Position numbers and translations under genes: made by a program. Shown piece after piece: positions 59,355 to 64,000 of a DNA stretch of 64,000 bases; positions within the stretch are counted from its first letter, which is position 1; the number at the start of each line of letters is the position of its first letter. The DNA is from Adineta vaga. Its lineage: Eukaryota; Animalia; Rotifera. A model generated the notes under the pieces. The model did no database searches, had not been told where the DNA came from, and saw nothing but the letters and a program-made list of their open reading frames with translations. The stretch covers positions 5,952,001 through 6,016,000 of the forward strand of contig CP075497.1 of the NCBI GenBank assembly GCA_021613535.1. Direction: 5' to 3'.

Positions 59355-60125
59355 ATGTTCTTTCGTTTTGGTACTATACGTCGTGTCTCATATTTTATTT
59401 TTATATTTATCATTATTTGTTATATGTTAACAAAAGTTCGTCATTTGTATTATGAAGAATATTCTAAAAAATATGATATGCCATCAGAAATCAAATTATA
59501 TATTGATGAAAATGGAACTTTTATTTCACATTTGAAACATGAAATTCTTCAATTTGTGGAAATACCTTTACAAGACGGATTTAGTCAATTCGTTGATTTT
59601 CTTGATCAACAAGCTGAATTGAAAGAATATTTTAGCTTTGTTCCACAAACAGCTTATCATACTACATTAACAATACTTAAAGAAGATACGGCTCTTAAAG
59701 AAGAAACATATCTTTCGGAAGAAACAGTTCATAAAGCAAAATATCTCGATACATTGACTAACGCACAAAAACTACTTGATAAGGCAGAAACATTTACATT
59801 ATGTACTGGTAAACAAATCTCAAGTCTTGATAAAAAAGAAATCCGTTTAGAAATTGAATATCAAAGTGATTTCATGGAAAATATAATTACTGAATATCAA
59901 AATAAATGGACTGAAAGATTTCCACAATTAATTGGAGAACATCGAAAAATGTTCTATATAACATTAGCTTATCAATACAAAACAATACCAAATGAGGAAA
60001 CTTTCAATAGGCTAAATACTACAATACAAAATTGGCAAGATTTTACTTTTGATGTTTATTTAGAACCTATCGAAATATGTTCATATAGTGATTTATTAGC
60101 TTATAAACCTATTCTTCCTGAATGA
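59355..60125 (+). CDS. Intronless DUF1868 / 2H-phosphoesterase-like protein with an N-terminal membrane anchor
   Basis: IDENGTF, FSFVPQTAYHTTL (first HxT motif) and MFYITLAY (second motif, His replaced by Tyr) resemble DUF1868 motifs (F..DG.F; LP.SS.HMT; FHITLAY). Single exon. Confidence 0.6.
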   Translation: MFFRFGTIRRVSYFIFIFIIICYMLTKVRHLYYEEYSKKYDMPSEIKLYIDENGTFISHLKHEILQFVEIPLQDGFSQFVDFLDQQAELKEYFSFVPQTAYHTTLTILKEDTALKEETYLSEETVHKAKYLDTLTNAQKLLDKAETFTLCTGKQISSLDKKEIRLEIEYQSDFMENIITEYQNKWTERFPQLIGEHRKMFYITLAYQYKTIPNEETFNRLNTTIQNWQDFTFDVYLEPIEICSYSDLLAYKPILPE

Positions 60126-60678
60126 TTCGAGAAGTAAAAAGTTCGTTATTTGTTTTATAAATAAAGATTTTATAAATTGTCTGAAGAATAAGACGTCTAA
60201 ATTTGACACTGAGTCGTCACATATTTATTTGTCTTTGAAATGAAATGTATGATTCGTTTTTTTTTCTTACTTCTCCTTTCAAAGAAGAAGAAGAAGAAGA
60301 AGATGATGAAGATGAAATGAAATAATCCGAATAAGAAGAAACAAAAACGAAACATGAGCGCATCATTAATGAGAAAGAAGAATATACAACCAAAAAATAA
60401 ACTGAATAGTAAGTACGAGAAAGAAACCAAGAAGATAAAGTTTTGAGAAAGAGAAAATTGAATAAGAGACAGAGAGAGAGTCTTAGATCCATGCAAATAT
60501 TGCACACAAAACTGTTCGTTCTCGGAGCGGTGTGTCACGAAAACGTCTCTCTTCTCATTTTCTTTTTTTTATACATAGCAAACACACACACACATCAATT
60601 TTACAGCAAAGCTAAAACATGCATACAGAGAGAGAAACAAAAGAAAAATTGAACAGAAAAAAAGATCAATAAACACAA

Positions 60679-63600
60679 TTATTTTTGATGCGAACCAGAA
60701 CCACATGTTCCTTCATCATCATCATCACCACCATCACCACCACCACCACCACCACCATTAGATGACTAAACAGATATGAAAACAACTGACACTGAAAGAC
60801 GAAGAAAAATCACTAAATAATTACTTGATTTGTCTCGTCCATAATCAGATCTTCATCATCACTCATAACGCGAGTTTTACGTCGACTACTTGTGCTATTA
60901 CTACAATTGCCAGATGTACGTGATTGAGTTTGAGATTTCTAAAAATATCAACAGGTTTACTAATATGTGAATATTTTCATTCTTACTTTTTTTGTATTTG
61001 TTTCTTTTTTAACACGTTTTTTCAATGGTTCTAAAATAGGAAATCAATTTTTATAAATAATGATTTTCAGAAAAACTAATAATTACCATCATCATCTGAT
61101 TCTTCTTCTGATTCAGAACTAATTGGAATATCTCCTTTTTCCAATCGTTCTCGTGCGTTTGTAAATACTGATTGAAGAATAATTGAATCTTCATAAATCT
61201 AAATATTTCAATTCATTTTTTTTGAATTTGAATTTCATCAAATATATTAATATTTACATTCGAATTTTCCATATTAAATTCTTGAGCATTTTTACACAAA
61301 AGCATAACATCTGCTTCTAGTTCATCTAAACTTCGATACCGATGTTCACTAAGTTTTTTCTATGAAAAAAAACGAATAAAATCAAAAGAAGCTAATTAGA
61401 TTTATTCAACAAACTTTGATTTTATTAAAATCAACTGGTTGTTTTATTGTTTCATAATATTCAGGTAATTCTTTTTGTGTTGGTAAACGCATAAATGGTT
61501 TACTTAATACTCGATTATCTTCACTACAATTAGAAAACCAAATATAGATATTGAGAAAGAGTTTTATCTTTATTTACTTGTCTCGATATTTGATAACAAA
61601 ATCTAATAAAGTTGTTAATTGTTTGAATAGTTTTGGTGAAACTGGATCATCAGAATATTTCTTATTTGTTTCTTTTAGTTTACGTTTACCAACACGTCTA
61701 CCAGATTTCGATGTTGTTACATCCATATCATTATCGTCTTGTTTACTGTCTGTTTCATCATGTTGTCCATCATCATCATCATCATCAAAATCAATATCAC
61801 GAGTGACATTTCGTTTACCACGACGACGTTTTTTGTCTTGATCAGGTGTACCTAATGTTCCATCTTCAATTGCCTAAAAGAAGAAAAGAAATCTATGCTT
61901 TTTTCTAACATCTTAGTCAAATGTATTTTTATTTACCCTAAGCCATTCTTTGTCAGTTAATGAATCTGAATAATCAACTTCTTTGCGATGTCGAGTTCCA
62001 CGTCCAAATAAATCTAATGCTTCTTGATCAAGTATAGTTTTTTCTAATTCTTTTGGATCTTTGGTTAACCATGCAGGTAATTCTGACATTTCTACAAGTC
62101 GTGGTTTACGATTTACCATTCGAGCTTCTGCATGTCGTCGTTCGCGATCCATTCTCTAAAAACAAAACAAATTCTTCAATTAAATTTTGTTTTTCAAAAT
62201 CAAAATTTTACTGACATTAAATTGATTATATTCATCTTCAGATCGTGCAATCATTTGATTAATAACTTCATCATCTGGTACTTCATCTTCTTCTTCATCA
62301 CCTTCTTCCGTTTCTTGCAAGAGAATTTGTTGTAAAAATTGTCTTCGTTCATTACCCGTTGATTTATTATTGAACATTCCAGCTTGTATGACTTTTTCAT
62401 CAACATTTAATTTATAACGTGCAGCAGCTAAGATTTTCTCTTCGACACTATTAACTGTCATTAAACGAAGAACACGAACTTCATTTACTTGACCAATACG
62501 ATGTGCACGATCTTGTGCTTGTAAATCCTATGAATTGGACGTTAAAATAAAATAAAAGAATAAATTGAAAGATTTACTTGATGAGGATTCCAATCTGAAT
62601 CAAAGATAATAACCGTATCGGCTTTTTGTAGATTTAATCCAAGACCTCCGGCACGTGTAGATAGCAAAAAAATGAAAATATCTGAATTAGCTTCGCTAAA
62701 TTTTGCTAATAAATCGCCACGTTCTTCCGATTTTGTTTGACCATCAAGACGTAAATATGTATAATCTAAATGAAGATTCAAACTTAATTCGTTTCTTCTC
62801 TATTGAAAAACAACTTCAATACATACTTTTATAAGCAAAATAATCTTCCATGATTGTCATTAATGATGTCATTTGACAAAACAGTAAAATACGATGATTT
62901 GTTGCTTTTAGTTTTGGTAATATACGATCGAGTAATTCAAATTTACCCGACGCACGATACAGATCAGCTCTAAATCAATCGAAATTGATTTAATTACATA
63001 GTAAAGATTTCTCTTCGTAAAAAATCAAATTCATACCCATTACAAACACCATTCGTATAATTAAAATGTTGACTAATTTTTTCTTCTAATTCATTGAACA
63101 TAAATGGATGATTACAGATTTTACGCAATTGCATTATAGTATTCATCAATGCTTTTGGATTGCCATTTTTACCATTCTAAAAAAAACAATGTAAATGAGA
63201 AAGTCTTTCATACGAAATTCAATAATTACGTACTCTATCTTCTGTTAGAACAATACCACTAGTCTGCATATGATTATACATGACTCTTTGTAATGCAGAC
63301 ATATCACATTTAATAACATATTCAATCTGAAATAATGTAATATGAGTTTTTCATTCTGTAAACTAAGAGAATAGGTAATTTTACTTTATCTGGTAATTGC
63401 GATTCGACTTCTTTCTTAAGACGACGTAATAAAAATGGTCGTAAAACTTTATGTAAACGTCGAATAATAAGTAAAGTTTCTTCGGGATTAAGTTCAACTT
63501 TTTCACATGTTGTTGCAAATGGTGCATTAAACCATTGTTCAAATGTTGTACATGATTTAAAGATTGATGGTAAAAGAAAATTCAATAATGCCCATAGTTC

Positions 63601-64000
63601 AGGTAATTTATTTTGTAATGGTGTACCCGTTAATAATAAACGATGAGGAGCTATATAATATGTATTAAGTATTTGAGTTAATTTACAATGATGATTTTTC
63701 ATTCGATGACCTTCACTAAAAAACGAAACTAATTATTAAAAACAATGTATTAAGAATATTTTTGAATACGAACTCGATAATCATATAACGCCATTTGATT
63801 TTGGATAAAAGTGCTTTATCTTTGATAATATATTCATAGGTTGTCAATAGAACATTGAATTTTCCATTTCGTAATGTATAACCAAGTGTTTTACGTACTT
63901 GTGGATGGCCTTTGAAAATGATCGTAGAAACAGCCGGTGACCATTTTTCAAATTCATTAACCCAATTTGCTAATGTACTAAAAAAAAGATTTTGATGCAT
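60679..64000 (-). CDS. SMARCA4: SMARCA2/4 (Brahma/BRG1) SWI/SNF ATPase, C-terminal part; gene continues beyond the right edge
   Basis: [64 protein letters not shown], SnAC region [15 protein letters not shown], and a bromodomain. Confidence 0.97.

Overview
AT-rich, gene-dense eukaryotic DNA with many short (about 50-60 bp) GT-AG introns. The gene content is metazoan and the style best fits a bdelloid rotifer (inference, not proven). About 19 protein-coding genes are present. Left to right: a PLC-like PH exon (gene runs off the left edge), ABHD16A, a TMEM26-like gene with two duplicated alternative 3' halves, a CCAP/NPS-type GPCR, and an unnamed gene with a ubiquitin-like/PB1-like N-terminus plus a divergent Rel-homology-like domain. 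Next comes a tightly packed minus-strand run (WDR20, orphan, Brat-like NHL, SEL1L, folate-receptor-like) with operon/trans-splicing hallmarks, then SF3B6. A plus-strand run follows that may be an innate-defence locus: an ankyrin-discoidin protein with LC8-motif-rich tails, a [dead OTU]-[intact OTU]-[Rel-homology-like] fusion, a divergent DEDH Argonaute and a CS-alpha-beta defensin. The window ends with an RBR E3 ligase, hexokinase, a six-domain peritrophin, an intronless DUF1868/2H-phosphoesterase-like HGT candidate and SMARCA2/4 (runs off the right edge). The best novelty candidate is the OTU-OTU-RHD-like protein and its neighbourhood. All family assignments are motif recognition by eye, no searches were run, and gene spans include introns.
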